Assembly (NCBI GenBank): GCA_002269645.1
Contig: NIVC01000658.1
Location: 124,001-188,000, forward strand
Direction of reading: 5' to 3'
DNA length: 64,000 nt
Source of the DNA: Macrostomum lignano
Taxonomy: Eukaryota
Below, one piece after another: positions 15,998-28,591 of this stretch (within the stretch, counting starts at the first letter, position 1; the number at the start of each line of letters is the position of its first letter). The position numbers and the translations under genes were made by a program. The notes beneath the pieces are model-generated. The model was not told where the DNA came from and did not search any database. It worked only from the letters and a program-made list of their open reading frames with translations.

Positions 15998-17416
15998 ATG
16001 CGGCAACTTCTGGCGCAGGCAGTCGCGTCGCTGCTGCTGCTGACGGCGGCAGCGGCTTCGGCCAGCCGGGTCAACGTCACCGTGGACAACGTGGTGGTCC
16101 ATCTGCAGAAGCAGGCGGACGGCGGCTTTGGCGAGGCCTACAAGCTGGACAAGCGCGCTCCGCTGGTAATCACGTGCCGGGCGGAGACGTCGCCACCGAA
16201 GCCGGGTCAGGCGGCGGTCAGCCTGGCGGAGGCGAGCTTCGACTGGAGGAGGCCCGGCCGGAACCGCAGCATCAGCGTCAAGGAGAGCCGGGCCAGCATC
16301 CACACGGAGTGCAAGGAGGGCGTCAGCTGCATCTCCACGTTGACCTTGCGCAGTCCAATTAACGAGGACGTCAGCGTCTACGAGTGTCTCGTGACCCCGG
16401 TGAGCGCCGGTGGCGCCGTCATGGAGACAATTGTGGCTAGCGGCGCTTTCCAGTCAAGACCCATAATACGCATGCTGGTGAACGGCAATGACAGGTAAGC
16501 CTGGATCGTGCTTGCTCATCCTTCATCTGCGCCAGACGCTGAAGTGTACGTGCAGCTTTCAAATTGAAACGGAGTGAAACCATCGCGTACTATATTTAGC
16601 GACGGTTCCACGTAGCAGCACCTTTAGTGCAATCATCAAAAGGACACAATTGTGACAACTGAAGCGACATCCTAAGAGACAGACTCTAAATGACACATTT
16701 AATTTATCGACAATCCAAGACCTAGCAAAAAATTTAGCAAAACATTTAAGTACAATCCAAGCAGCATACTTAGCGACACTCCAAGCGACATATTTAGCGA
16801 CACCCTAAGCGACATAATTAGCGATGCACTAAGCGACATACTAGCGACACTCCAAACGACATAATTAGCCACACTCCAAGCGACATAATTAGCCTCACCC
16901 CAAGCGACATAATTAGCGACACTCCAAGCGACATAATTAGCGATACACTAAGCGACACAATTAACGACACTTTTGGCGACAATCTCCCGCAATCTCCCTC
17001 CCAGATTCGACGTGGCCGTTTGGCCCACCGAAACGGTGAACATCACCTGCCAGGTGATGGGCCATCCGCTCGGCGACATTCGCTGGAGCCAGCAGTTCCG
17101 GCCGAGCTTTAACCACAGCCGCAATGAGACCCTGCTGCTGTCCCAGATGGACTACGAACTGGATAGGGGCACCGTGACCTGCGAATCCAGCAACGATTTT
17201 GGCGCCAACCAGGCTACCATGTTCCTTCGCGTCAAGAGCCCGAGGGCCTTCCTGCCTCCCCTGCTGGGCATCGGTGCCGAGCTGGTCACCATGTTGGTCA
17301 TTATCGTCTCCTACGAGGTTATAAGTGGACGAAAGCGGCGCCAGATGGACGAGCAGGCGGCTGAGGCCACTGACGGGGTTCAAGGTGCCGCTGACGGAGT
17401 CAACAATGACCAGTGA
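15998..17416 (+). CDS. BSG-like: Basigin/neuroplastin/embigin-family type I membrane protein with two Ig domains; exons 15998-16494 and 17005-17416
   Basis: Signal peptide MRQLLAQAVASLLLLTAAAASA. Ig1 (ITC...FDW...YEC) and Ig2 (NITC...IRW...VTC). GT-AG phase-2 intron (AG|gtaagc ... ctcccag|A) keeps the frame. LRVKSPRAFLPPLLGIGAELVTMLVIIVSYE matches the family LRV..LWPFLGI.AE TM motif, including the intramembrane Glu. Confidence 0.88.
16770..16975. repeat. 24-bp degenerate minisatellite (GCGACATAATTAGCGACACTCCAA)n in the basigin-like intron
   Basis: Direct reading; it ends just before the acceptor. Confidence 0.85.
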
Positions 17417-17559
17417 CTCATCGCTCCTTCACTCTGATGGCGGTTTCAGCTGTCAAGAAATGGCAGCGAGTTGTCAAGAGGGTTAGGAGTAGTGAGTGAG
17501 TTGCATGCAGTGGCCGGTTTCAGATGAGGATTTCCTCAGTCGGGATGGGGAAATGAAAA

Positions 17560-17775
17560 TGTCAGAACATGGGCAGTGAAAATGTCAGGATGGGGCCAAT
17601 GAAGATGTCAGGATGGGGGCAATGAAAATGTCAGGATGGATGCAATGAAAATGTCAGGATGGGGGCAATGAAAATGTCAGGATGGGGGCAATGAAAATGT
17701 CAGGATGGATGTAATGAAAATGTCAGGATGGGGGCAATGAAAATGTCAGGATGGGGGCAATGAAAATTACAATGT
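17560..17775. repeat. 23-bp minisatellite (AATGAAAATGTCAGGATGGGGGC)n
   Basis: Direct reading. Confidence 0.88.
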
Positions 17776-18354
17776 ATTGACATGCAATATAAATGTCAGG
17801 AGAGGCCATAGCCACTTGCTGACATTTCCATCATCTCACAAGAAAGTTTTGATTAGCTGAAGGGGAGATGAGAACAGAATCTATTACTCATTCATACGGA
17901 CAAAGTACAAGCGGCAGTGTGACCTAAATTTATTTTATCTTTGGTTAACTCATTTAGTCCACTGTTTTCTTTAACACCAAAGTGAATTTGTGTGAAGCTT
18001 CATAAGCTAATTATTATATACAATATTTATTAACTCTTTCTACTGCTATTAATCTAGAAGTTATGTGCAGTCTACCCATTGGATGTGTTATATACCGACT
18101 ACAACTACTACAAGCCACATGCTAAAAACTAATATATAATCTGATACTTCGCATTAGCCCAATATTAATAATTTTTCATACCATTAAACTTTCAAAGGTC
18201 TTCAATTCAACATTCAACAGGATCTAAACCCTAACAACTTTTTTTCTGCAACCGGAAATTGTAGAACACGGACTAACTTTTTGTTGCGCAACTTTGCAAA
18301 TAAGAATCAAGTCGGCTCGGTAGCTGGATAGCACAGCACACAGCCACCGAGGGC

Positions 18355-18810
18355 AAGGCAGTGTGGTAGCACACACCTACTTAATCAAGGCAGTGGGGTA
18401 GCACACACTCACTTAAGGCAAGGAGGTGGGGTAGCACACACCCACTTAAGGCAAGGAGGTGGGGTAGCACACACCCACTTAAGGCAAGGCAGTGCGGTAG
18501 CACACACCCACTTAATCAAGGAAGTGGGGTAGCACACACTCACTTAAGGCAAGGAGGTGAGGTAGCACACACCCACTTAAGGCAAGGAGGTGGGGTAGCA
18601 CACACCCACTTAAGGCAAGGAGGTGGGGTAGCACACACCCACTTAAGGCAAGGAGGTGGGGTAGCACACACCCACTTAAGGCAAGGAGGTGGGGTAGCAC
18701 ACACCCACTTAAGGCAAGGAGGTGGGGTAGCACACACCCACTTAAGGCAAGGAGGTGGGGTAGCACACACCCACTTAAGGCAAGGAGGTGGGGTAGCACA
18801 CACCCACCGA
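18355..18810. repeat. 33-bp minisatellite (GGTGGGGTAGCACACACCCACTTAAGGCAAGGA)n
   Basis: Direct reading. Confidence 0.93.
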
Positions 18811-19362
18811 AGACCAAGGCGTCATAAAAATGCCGATATAAAATAAATATCAACGATTGCAATACAAAGCAGAGGAAATTTGCAGTTTGTTTGTTTGTTA
18901 CTTGTTTGTCATTTGTTGCATTGCTTTCGAGTGAATTTATAATTTTTAGTACAACTAGAAATCTGTACAATACATAGGCAATATAGCAGGAATAGCAATA
19001 AGTTGAATAATAGTTTAATAAAAGCATCACTAACGTGACTTAATTAAGTAAAGGACAGATATAGGCATTTGCAATGAACACAAGTAATTTTTGAAATGAT
19101 TCATCTAGACAAATTAGTGAAACTGTTTGCGATACAGATAGACACAGACAGACGACTGCAAATGAAAAGTGCATATGGTGTTAAGCGATACAAAAGTTTA
19201 ATTTTTTTTCAAAGGCGCATTGAGTAAGAGAGATAAAATAATATTTATTTAAGTCGCAATTGCTGTATCATATAATTATGCTCAACTGTCGGTATTAGTG
19301 GCCTGTGCAAGACCTCAATTAATTTAGTTTGAATTTGAAGCCATTATAAAGTCGAACTTTTA

Positions 19363-20000
19363 TTGGGAGATAGGACAGGGTGTCAGGGAGGTAGGACAGG
19401 GTGTCAGGGAGATAGGACAGGGTGTCAGGGAGATAGGACAGGGTGTCAGGGGAATAGGACAGGGTGTCAGGGAGATGAGACATAGTGTCAGGGAGATAGG
19501 ACAGGGTGTCAGGGAGATAGAACAGGGTGTCAGGGAGATAGGACAGGGTGTCAGGGAGATAGGACAGGGTGTCAGGGAGATAGGACAGGGTGTCAGGGAG
19601 ATAGAACAGGGTGTCAGGGAGATAGAACAGGGTGTCAGGGAGATAGGACAGAGTGTCAGGGAGATAGGACAGGGTGTCAGGGAGATAGGACAGGGTGTCT
19701 GGGAGATAGGACAGGGTGTCAGGGAGATAGGACAGGGTGTCAGGGAGATAGGACAGGGTGTCAGGGAGATAGGACAGGGTGTCAGGGAGATAGAACAGGG
19801 TGTCAGGGAGATAGAACAGGGTGTCAGGGAGATAGAACAGGGTGTCAGGGAGATAGAACAGGGTGTCAGGGAGATAGGACAGGGTGTCAGGGAGATAGGA
19901 GAGGGTGACAGGGAGATAGGAGAGGGTGTCAGGGAGATAGAACAGGGTGTCAGGCAGATAGGACAGGGTGTCAGGGAGATAGAACAGGGTGTCAGGAAAC
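19363..20000. repeat. 21-bp minisatellite (GGGAGATAGGACAGGGTGTCA)n
   Basis: Direct reading. Confidence 0.95.
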
Positions 20001-21306
20001 AGAGGCAGCAATGCATCAAGTGTAGGTGTTAAAAAAACTAATAAGTCACTTAATTACACTGAATTCAGGCCATAATAATTGAATCCCCTTAGTAATAATT
20101 GAATTTGCGAGACGTTCAGCAGAGAGCAGTAGTATACAAAGCATATGTCAGAACATTTTAACAACAGCATAAATTAACGACACAAGTCAGAATTCTGGTT
20201 TCTGCGCTCGTAATAACCAGAATCAATACAGAATTATAACAGAAGTTGCTGCCCAATGTAAAAATAGTAATTGATATAAATTACAATATACATACATCAT
20301 TATATTAAATCAAAGCAAATATTCAGACAGAGTGAATTTGAATGATACGGGAGTTGCCTAATGTTTATAGCCAATATAAGAGTTAATCAAAGTGTGCAAT
20401 ACTAGGCTCTGATCTCTAACAACCCAAATTATAAATGGTCTTTAGTGTTTAACATTCACTAATGCACACTTATGCCAGGTAAATATAAAGTCTATAATTT
20501 ATGAAACTGTTCACTTAATTAAATAGATTTGAATGCACTTGTTTGCTTGTGACTCATAAGCTGCTGATGGATTGATTTCGATTGAAGAGAAAAGTAGAGG
20601 ATGGAGAGATGAGAGATTATAAATCGACAGTAGAAGAGATAAAAGATGAGAAGATGGATAATAGAAGAGTTATTAAGAGATTAGATTAGAGATGCACAAT
20701 AGAAGAGATGAGATTAGAGATGAAAAATAAAAGAAATTAGGGATGAGATTAGAGATGGACAACAGAAGAGATGAAAGATGAGAGTAGATTTTAGCAGTAG
20801 AGATAAGAGAAGAGAGATATACAGTAGTAGAAGAAATAAGAGATGAGATTAGAGATTGGTAGTAGAGATGAGATTCAAGATTGGGAGTAGAGATAAGAGA
20901 TAGACAGTAGAATAGATGAAAGATAAAATACTAAGAGATAGATGGAGAATAGAGATAAGAGATTAGAGCTGGATGGACATTAAATAAAAAAACAGGATCT
21001 TAATTAAAAAACCAGGTGAGTAGCAACATAGAAATATAAAGAAATTCAGCATTCAATGCAAATATCGAATGGAACAGGCAATTCACTGCACAACAATATA
21101 CATGTACTCTGGTGAATAAACGAGAGAGAAAAACACACAATTTTCAAAGACCGATAAGAGAAGGAGACGGGACGAAGAGGAGAATATCAGAACAAAAGCG
21201 ACTATCATTAATAAATTAGTTGCTAGCCAAACTACATGCACATGATGGAGAAACAAAATCAGGGGAACCTATGGTTGCCATGGGAACGGAAGAGACTGGT
21301 GGGGGG

Positions 21307-24300
21307 CTACAAGATGCTAGCTATAGCGGCAGATGCCTCATCGTCTGCGGGCGCGCCGGGGCCGGAAGTCAACGCTGACAAGGAGTCGCCACCGACACTG
21401 CCGTCGTCAATGTTGTCGTCGACGACAGGAAATTCCATCGAGCAGTCCCCATTGGCAGACGCTGCTGCCGCCGTAGCCGACTCGCCGACAGACGATTTCG
21501 GACCGACCTCCTCGAACTCGTCGTCATCGTCGTCGTCCGCGTTATCGACGTCGCCGTCGCAATTGTCGCCGACAACGCCGGCAACAGCGACGCCGCTGGT
21601 CTTGGCGTTGTCCCTGCCGCTGCCGACTGCGGAGTCGGCGTCGCCGACGTCGGGCAGCAGGCGGGCCCGCTTCGGCGAGACTGGCCGGCCGCGGCCCGCG
21701 TCGTCGAAAGCCAGCGGAGCGACCTGGCCGGCCGGCTGGGCCCGCTCCGAGTCAAGCTGCTGGCGGGCGGCTGACACGGACAGCTGGTCGGACAGCAGCT
21801 GCAGCTCCGGATCGGCCGAGGACAGCACTCGGGTGCGCAGCTCCGACATCAGGATGGCCGCCTGGGGTGGGCCGCGTGCAAAGCAAGAAATGTTTTGTTA
21901 AAATCTTGACCAACTTACTTGAGTCCTGACCCAGTTTACTTTGATCCCTGACCCAGTTTACTTTGATCCCTGACCCAGTTCACTTTGAACCCTGACCCAG
22001 TTCACTTTAATCCCTGACCCAGTTTACTTTGAACTCTGACCCAGTTCACTGTGAACCCTGACCCAGTTCACTTTGAACCCTGACCCAGGTCTTTTTGAAC
22101 CGTGACCCAGGTCCCTTTGAACCCTGACCCAGGTCCCTTTGAACCCTGACCCAGGTCCCTTTGAACCCTGACCCAGGTCCCTTTGAACCCTGACCCAGGT
22201 CCCTTTGAACCCTGACCCAGGTCCCTTTGAACCCTGACCCAGATCCCTTTGAACCCTGACCCAGATCCCTTTGAACCCTGACCCAGATCCCTTTGAACCC
22301 TGACCCAGCGCCCTATGAACCCTGACCCAGTTCCCTTTGAACCTGACCCAGTGCCCTATGAATCCTGACCCAGTTCACTGTGAACCCTGACTCAGTTCAC
22401 TTTGATCCGTGACCCAGTTCCCTTTGATCCCTGACCCAGTTCCCTTTGATCCCTGACCCAGTTTACTGTGAACCCTGACCAAGTTCACTTTGAACCCTGA
22501 CAGTTCACTTTGATCCCTTTGATCCCTGACGCAGTTCTAGCTCACGTGTTAACTTTAAACTATTCAGAGATGGATCTCACTGAAAGAATTTCACCAGCTC
22601 ACCTGCAGGCGTTTAAACCGCGCTTCCATCGCCGACCAGGCATTTTGCGCCAGCGCTGTAAACTCCGACGCAGCTCCGACATCGTCACCGGAGTCCGGCG
22701 CAGTTGACGACGGCGGCGCGGTTTCCTCAGTGTCCTGAAACAGATGAAACCTCAGCAGGTTAGCCGTGGCCTCGTCCGCAGTCCTGAACGGATCCGGCCT
22801 CAAATGGGACAGCAACGTCCGATGCTCCACTTGAATCTGGCGGTGAATTCGACTCGCTCTGAGCTGCGATCGAGTCGGCGCGGTTGGCGCTGATGGCTGA
22901 GGCTGCTGAACAGCTGCAGGCGGCGGCGGCGAAGGCTGGTGCTGGCTGCTTGGCAATTGATTTTGAAGCTGCTGATGCTGTTGCTGCTGCTGCTGTTGTT
23001 GCTGAGGCAACGCCGTGACAACAACAGCAGTTGGCCGGCCGCCGCGTACGATAGGCGTAGCCGTTGATTGGGTTAAAATCTGCTGCTGAGGGGCACTGGA
23101 GTGCATAGCAGCCACTAACTGCGGCTGGAATGAGCCGGAATGACTCTGCTGAGGCTGCTGCTGCTGGCCAGGCGCCAAAGCAACAATTCTGGTAGCCATG
23201 ACTGGCTGCTGTTGCTGCTTAGCCAGCAGTCGCTGCAGCAGCCGCTCGCGGTCGGCCACGCCGGCCAGCCGGACCACCGCCTCGTCCACCTGGGTCTTCT
23301 GCGACGGCGTCAGGCGCAGCTGGTAGCGAGTGCCCTCGACTCGGTACTCCACTAACACCCGCATCTCGCCGTACTTCGGCTCGGCCAGTACAAACGAATC
23401 GGCGTCGTCTGCTGAGCCCGACGACGAAGCTGCCGCCGACTGGGTCGATGCCGGAGTTGCAGAATTTGGCTCCGTTGATTTCTGCTGCTGCTCGATCACC
23501 TGGTGCATTTTGTTGGCCTGCTTGATGACGTCATTCTGCATTTGCCGCAGCTTGCGAAGCTCCTCCTCAATCTGGAATGCAAGGGAAACAGAAATGGAAG
23601 ATAACTTTGAACTGGCGGAGTGACAAGATGAGTGTGACCGAGTGACAAGAGACTGGGAGCCTGATGGAGCAACAAGAGTGTCTGACGGAGTGACAAGATT
23701 GAATTTGGGAACGTGCTGAGTGAAAAGATTGAGTCTGGGAGCTTGATAGTGACAAGATCGAGTCTGGGAGCTTGATGGAGTGACAAGATGAGTCTGGGAG
23801 CTTGATGGAGTGACAAGATGAGATTTTGAGCTTCTGGAGTGACAAGATGAGGCTGGGAGCTTGATAGAGTGACAAGATTGAGTCAGTGAGTCTGATGGAG
23901 TGACAAGATTGAGTCTGTGAGTCTGATGGAGTGACAAGATGAGAGTCTGTGAGTCTGATGGAGTGACAAGATGAGATTCTGAGAGCTTGATTGAGTGACA
24001 AGATGAGACTCTGAGCTTCTAGAGTGACAAAATGAGGCTGGGAGCTTGATGGAGTGACAAGATGAAATTCTGAGCTTCTAGAGTGACAATATGAGTCTGC
24101 GAGCTTGATGGAGTGACAAGATGAGTCTGTGAGTCTGATGGAGTGACAAGATGAGATTCTGAGAGCTTGATTGAGTGACAAGATAATAGGCTAGGATACT
24201 GGCGAAGTGAGAATAGTAAAGTCTAGCGGAATGACAAGAGTAAATGAGTGGCAAGAAGACAAATTAACAAACCTGAGGCGTTTTGGCGGTGTTTTTCTGC

Positions 24301-25024
24301 AAAGCGTCAACCTGCAGAGTGAGGTTGTAAAACAGCTTGAACTCCTCCGGCTTCATGCTGATCACCCGGTCCTGCTTAGTTGTGAGCACTATACGACCGT
24401 TGGATTCGGCCACGTCTTTTACGCCAGGTAGCATTTGTTTTAAGTGGTCCAGAGATGGCTGCTGTTGCTGTTGCTGCTGCTGTTGTTGTTGCTGCTGTTG
24501 CTGCTGCTGTTGTTGTTGTTGCAGTTGCTGTTGTAATTGCTGCTGCTGAAGCAGTTGCTGCTGCTGTTGTTGTTGCAGCTGCTGCTGTTGCGGAGTCATT
24601 GGGGCGGCCAGGAAATGCACCTGCTGGCCTCCGCTGGGAGTCTGGCTGATAAAGGCCTGTGTTGGAGCTGACGCGCTCACCTGCGTATGGAGGAGGCGGA
24701 GGTGGAAGGCAAAATAATGAGGAAGAATAGGTAGGTGGAAAAATAAAGCAACACAAAATTATGGGCAGACAAGTTGACAGACAGACAGCCAGAGACAAAA
24801 AAAGACAGCCAAAGACAGACAGAAAGACAGACAAACAGAAACACAGACAGACAGACAGACAGAGAGACAGACAGACACTAAGACAGACAGAAAGACAGAC
24901 AGACAGACACACACACACACACACAGACAGAAACACAGACAGACAGACAGAAAATCACACACAGACACACATTCACACACACACACACACACACACAGAC
25001 ACAAAGACAGAAAGACAAACAGAA

Positions 25025-25071
<47 letters not shown>

Positions 25072-25176
25072 TACAGACAGACACAGACAGACAGACAGAC
25101 AGACAGATAGACAGACAGACAGACAGACACAGACAGACAGACAGATAGACAGACAGACACAGACAGACAGACAGAC

Positions 25177-25225
<49 letters not shown>

Positions 25226-25256
25226 TACAGACAGACACAGACAGACAGACACAGAC

Positions 25257-25299
<43 letters not shown>

Positions 25300-28200
25300 G
25301 AGACAGACAGACAGACACAGACAGACAGACAAACAGACAGGCAGGCAGGCAGGCAATGCCCGGTACCAACCTGCACAGTAGAATTAGAGGCTGCAATAAT
25401 CTGATGCGGCTTGCCAGCAGCTCCAGCAGCACCGGCAGTGCTGGCGGCCATAGCTGGCAGTTTAACAAACTGGATGGGGCCGGCACTTGACGGCGGCTGC
25501 TGCAGGAACAGCCGGCCGTCGGGCAGCTGCAGGAGGGTGCTCGGATAGTTAAAATTCAAAATATTGAAATTCTGCTGCAGCTGCATTGGCTGGCCGCCGA
25601 TGCCGATGGCGGCTTCAACCGGATTGCCCGACACACTCGAGGACGGCGCGGCCGAGACGGCGACAGCGGCCGCGCCCGCCTGCAGAGTCTGCTGCATCTG
25701 GACGCCAGGAGCCGCAGCGCTGGCCGCTACGGCTGTCAGAACGCGCGGTTGAATTGTCGTCTGCAGAGTGGCAGCCGCCGCGGCGGATTTACCGCCAACC
25801 ACCTGATGGCTGAGCGTGGGCTGCACCACCTGGACTGGCTTGGTCTGCATGGACCCCGGCAAGGATCTGGAATGGAAATCATGGCGTGTGTGAAGAGATG
25901 CTAGAATTTCAGGCACCGAGGAAACTGTATAGTCTAAGACTTCTATGGAGTTGGCTATCGGTTATCGGCTATTGGTCTGTCTGTCTGCCTGCTTGCCTGT
26001 CTGTCTGTCTCGTCTATCTTTCTGGCTGTCTGTCTGTCTTTCTGTCTGCCTGCTTGCCTGTCTGTCTCGTCTGTCTGTCTGCTTGCTTGTCTGTCTGTCC
26101 GTCTTTCTGTCTGCTTGCCTGTCTGTCTGTCTGCTTGCTTGTCTGTCTGTTTGTCTGTCCTTATGTTTGTCTGCCTGCCTGCTTGCCTGTCTGTCTGTCT
26201 CGTCTGTCTTTCTGGCTGTCTGTCTGTCTGGTCTGTCTTTCTGGCTGTCTGTCTTTCTGTCTGTCTGTCTGCTTGCCTGTCTGTCTGCCAGTCTGTCTGC
26301 CTGCCTGCCTATCTGTCTCTGTCTGTCCGTCTGCTTGATTTTTTATTCCTCACAAAACAAAGCATAAGCTATTTAAAAATGAAAATAATGGCATATGAAA
26401 AATATACATTCTACATAGAATAGCCTAGCAACAACACTATATTAATAGACTATCTTTTCCAACTGGCTTTAACCTCATGGCTACACCGCGAGAGAAAGGA
26501 GAAGAGCGGAGAAGAGTGAGGTGTTGTCATAGCTGCACGCCCAGACTCAAACAGCAGGTTGCACTGGCCATTGCACTGAGCATTCTCTACCCAGAGGAGC
26601 AGAAATAGGGCAGCAAAAAGCTTGGTAAACAGCGCGGTGAATGTACATTGCATTCTGTATTAAATACGCGTTTATGCCCATCTGTTTTGGCTTTAAATCA
26701 GACCTCAGGAAGGTATTGTAAAAAGCGATTTGCAATTGAAATTTTAATAATTATTCATTTAGGATTTTTTACAGCCAGATGAGTTCAAGTCAGCAGTCTG
26801 ATAGAGAGACCCTTGCCAGCAGTCCAGACTGCCCAACATTCAACGACTATCGTTGGTATCCTGATAGGCCTCCGCTGCCGCGGCCGGAGGGACCACCACT
26901 AGTGCTGGATTACAGCAGGACTGAGTGAGTGAGATCTGGCATCTGTCACTTAAATGTCACCTGTCGCTTGGGCTAAGAGAGCTCGCCTTTATCTTCCTAG
27001 TCTACTCTCATTGTTCCACCATCCAGTGTCAATCTTACTTCTTGGATCTAACCACCAGTGTCTATCCACCAGTGTACACCACCAGTGTCTATCCACCAGT
27101 CCACCACCAGTGTCTATCTACCACCATTGTGTCTATCAACCCTATGAGTATGTACCACCGCGTCTATATACCCAGTGTCTATTCAAATTTCAATGTAAAC
27201 TACTCACTCGTCAATCATGTACATACCAATTTATCTATCTACACACCTGTTGGTTATACTAACTCAATCATTCCAAACCACACAATCCAAGGTGTCCGCC
27301 GCCCTACGTGGCGCGCAACTGGCGCGGCTACACCGGCGCAATCGGATATTTTCCCGAACAACCGGCGCCAACCAATCGGCGCTATTTCGCGCACGGCCTC
27401 GAGCCGCCGGAAGCCGGACGCCGGGACTGCGCTACCAGGAGATCCGGGCCTACCGCGGCTCTACCGCGCCGCCGCCTGGGGTGCCGTTCAATGACGCCCA
27501 GTTGGCGGCGCTGTGGGGCCCGCAGCTCATGTCGCACCCGGCCTCCGTCAGCCACCATCCGCAGAGCATCAGCCGGCTGCCCAGCGCCTTCCAGTACAAC
27601 TGACTGATGCTGTTGGGCTAAATACTGGACACATGTACAATTTGCACTACTAGTAGTAGCTTTGCACTAGGGTTTCATTAAGACACTGAAATACAGTTAA
27701 CTAAATGGATTGCTAATTATGAATATGCAGGGATAGAATGGATTGCTAATCTAGCCCACAAGGATGCAGGAATAGAATGGATTGCTTATCTAGCCCACAA
27801 GGATGCAGGAATAGAATGGATTGCTAATCTAGCCCAGAAGGATGCAGGAACAGAATGGATTGCTAATCTACCCAATGTGTGGAAGCAAAAATAGAATGGA
27901 TTGCTAATCTAGACCATGCAAGATTTTGCCAATCTAGACAATTGATGAAAAGCAAAAAAGCATTGCTTTCATTAAGTTCTAGCAGCAGCTTTAGCTTTTC
28001 AATGTAGTGTGAGTATTTATGTTTACATTTTATTCAATATTAATATAATAAGTTAGTTTAGCAAGCATCAAAAAAATATGCTAAATATACACCACCTAGT
28101 TCTCGTATTTTAAACTCTTCTGTAAGTCAACTTCGTTAGTTCTGTTTTAAAAGTCGAAGGACACAATGTACTTAATATTAGTTTCCCTCACCCGTGAGAC

Positions 28201-28360
28201 CCGACCTCGCCGCCGCCGGTGCTGCAGTACACGGTGGCGATGGGCGCCCCGCCCTGCTGGCCGCGGCTGTGACTGGCGCCAATAATTTGCACATCGTCGT
28301 CTTCTACAGCAGTCGAGCATACGATTCGAGTTTGGGAGCTTTGAATTTGCTGCAGCATCT

Positions 28361-28392
<32 letters not shown>

Positions 28393-28591
28393 TGCAGTGT
28401 ACTGTCGATTGTGGCAACTCCTTGCACAATGCATGCGTGCGAAGAACTGCTAATTGGAAATGAAGCAATAAAAATTACATAAAATCTTCCGAAAAAAATT
28501 AGCATCGCACTACTGACAGCAGTAAAAAGTAATGAAAATTTACAATAAAAGCTACCTACACAAAGGAGTTGCAGCTAGAAGACTCTGTCAT
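21307..28591 (-). CDS. BICRA-like: BICRA/BICRAL (GLTSCR1-domain) family Q-rich chromatin-remodelling subunit; inferred exons 28591-28560, 28449-28192, 25866-25371, 24680-24273, 23571-22603 and 21861-21307
   Basis: All five introns are GT-AG with matching phases (2,2,0,0,0). [31 protein letters not shown] resembles the GLTSCR1 motif (PD...F....A..RLL.YH); poly-Q tracts. The start Met at 28591 is tentative because the frame stays open upstream to an acceptor at about 28610. Confidence 0.75.
21925..22530. repeat. 22-bp minisatellite (GAACCCTGACCCAGGTCCCTTT)n filling a BICRA-like intron
   Basis: Direct reading. Confidence 0.93.
23620..24185. repeat. About 30-bp degenerate minisatellite (GAGTGACAAGATGAGTCTGGGAGCTTGATG)n, intronic
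   Basis: Direct reading. Confidence 0.9.
24775..25352. repeat. (GACA)n/(CA)n compound microsatellite, intronic
   Basis: Direct reading. Confidence 0.95.
25975..26335. repeat. (TGTC)n/(TGCC)n degenerate microsatellite, intronic
   Basis: Direct reading. Confidence 0.93.
26779..27607 (+). CDS. Small two-exon Pro/Tyr-rich gene nested antisense in a BICRA-like intron (exons 26779-26924 and 27292-27603/27607); function unknown; possible frameshift near 27420
   Basis: ATG at 26779, donor GA|gtgagt and acceptor ccaag|G in matching phase 2. Spliced product [75 protein letters not shown]. Exon 2 is a GC-rich island. Confidence 0.6.
27705..27915. repeat. Second array of the 39-bp CTAGCCCACAAGGATGCAGG minisatellite
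   Basis: Same unit and orientation as 9560-9840. Confidence 0.88.

Noticed and set aside
24337-24649. Poly-Cys and poly-Ala/Val ORFs
   Set aside because: Antisense or alternative frames of the BICRA-like poly-Q exon.
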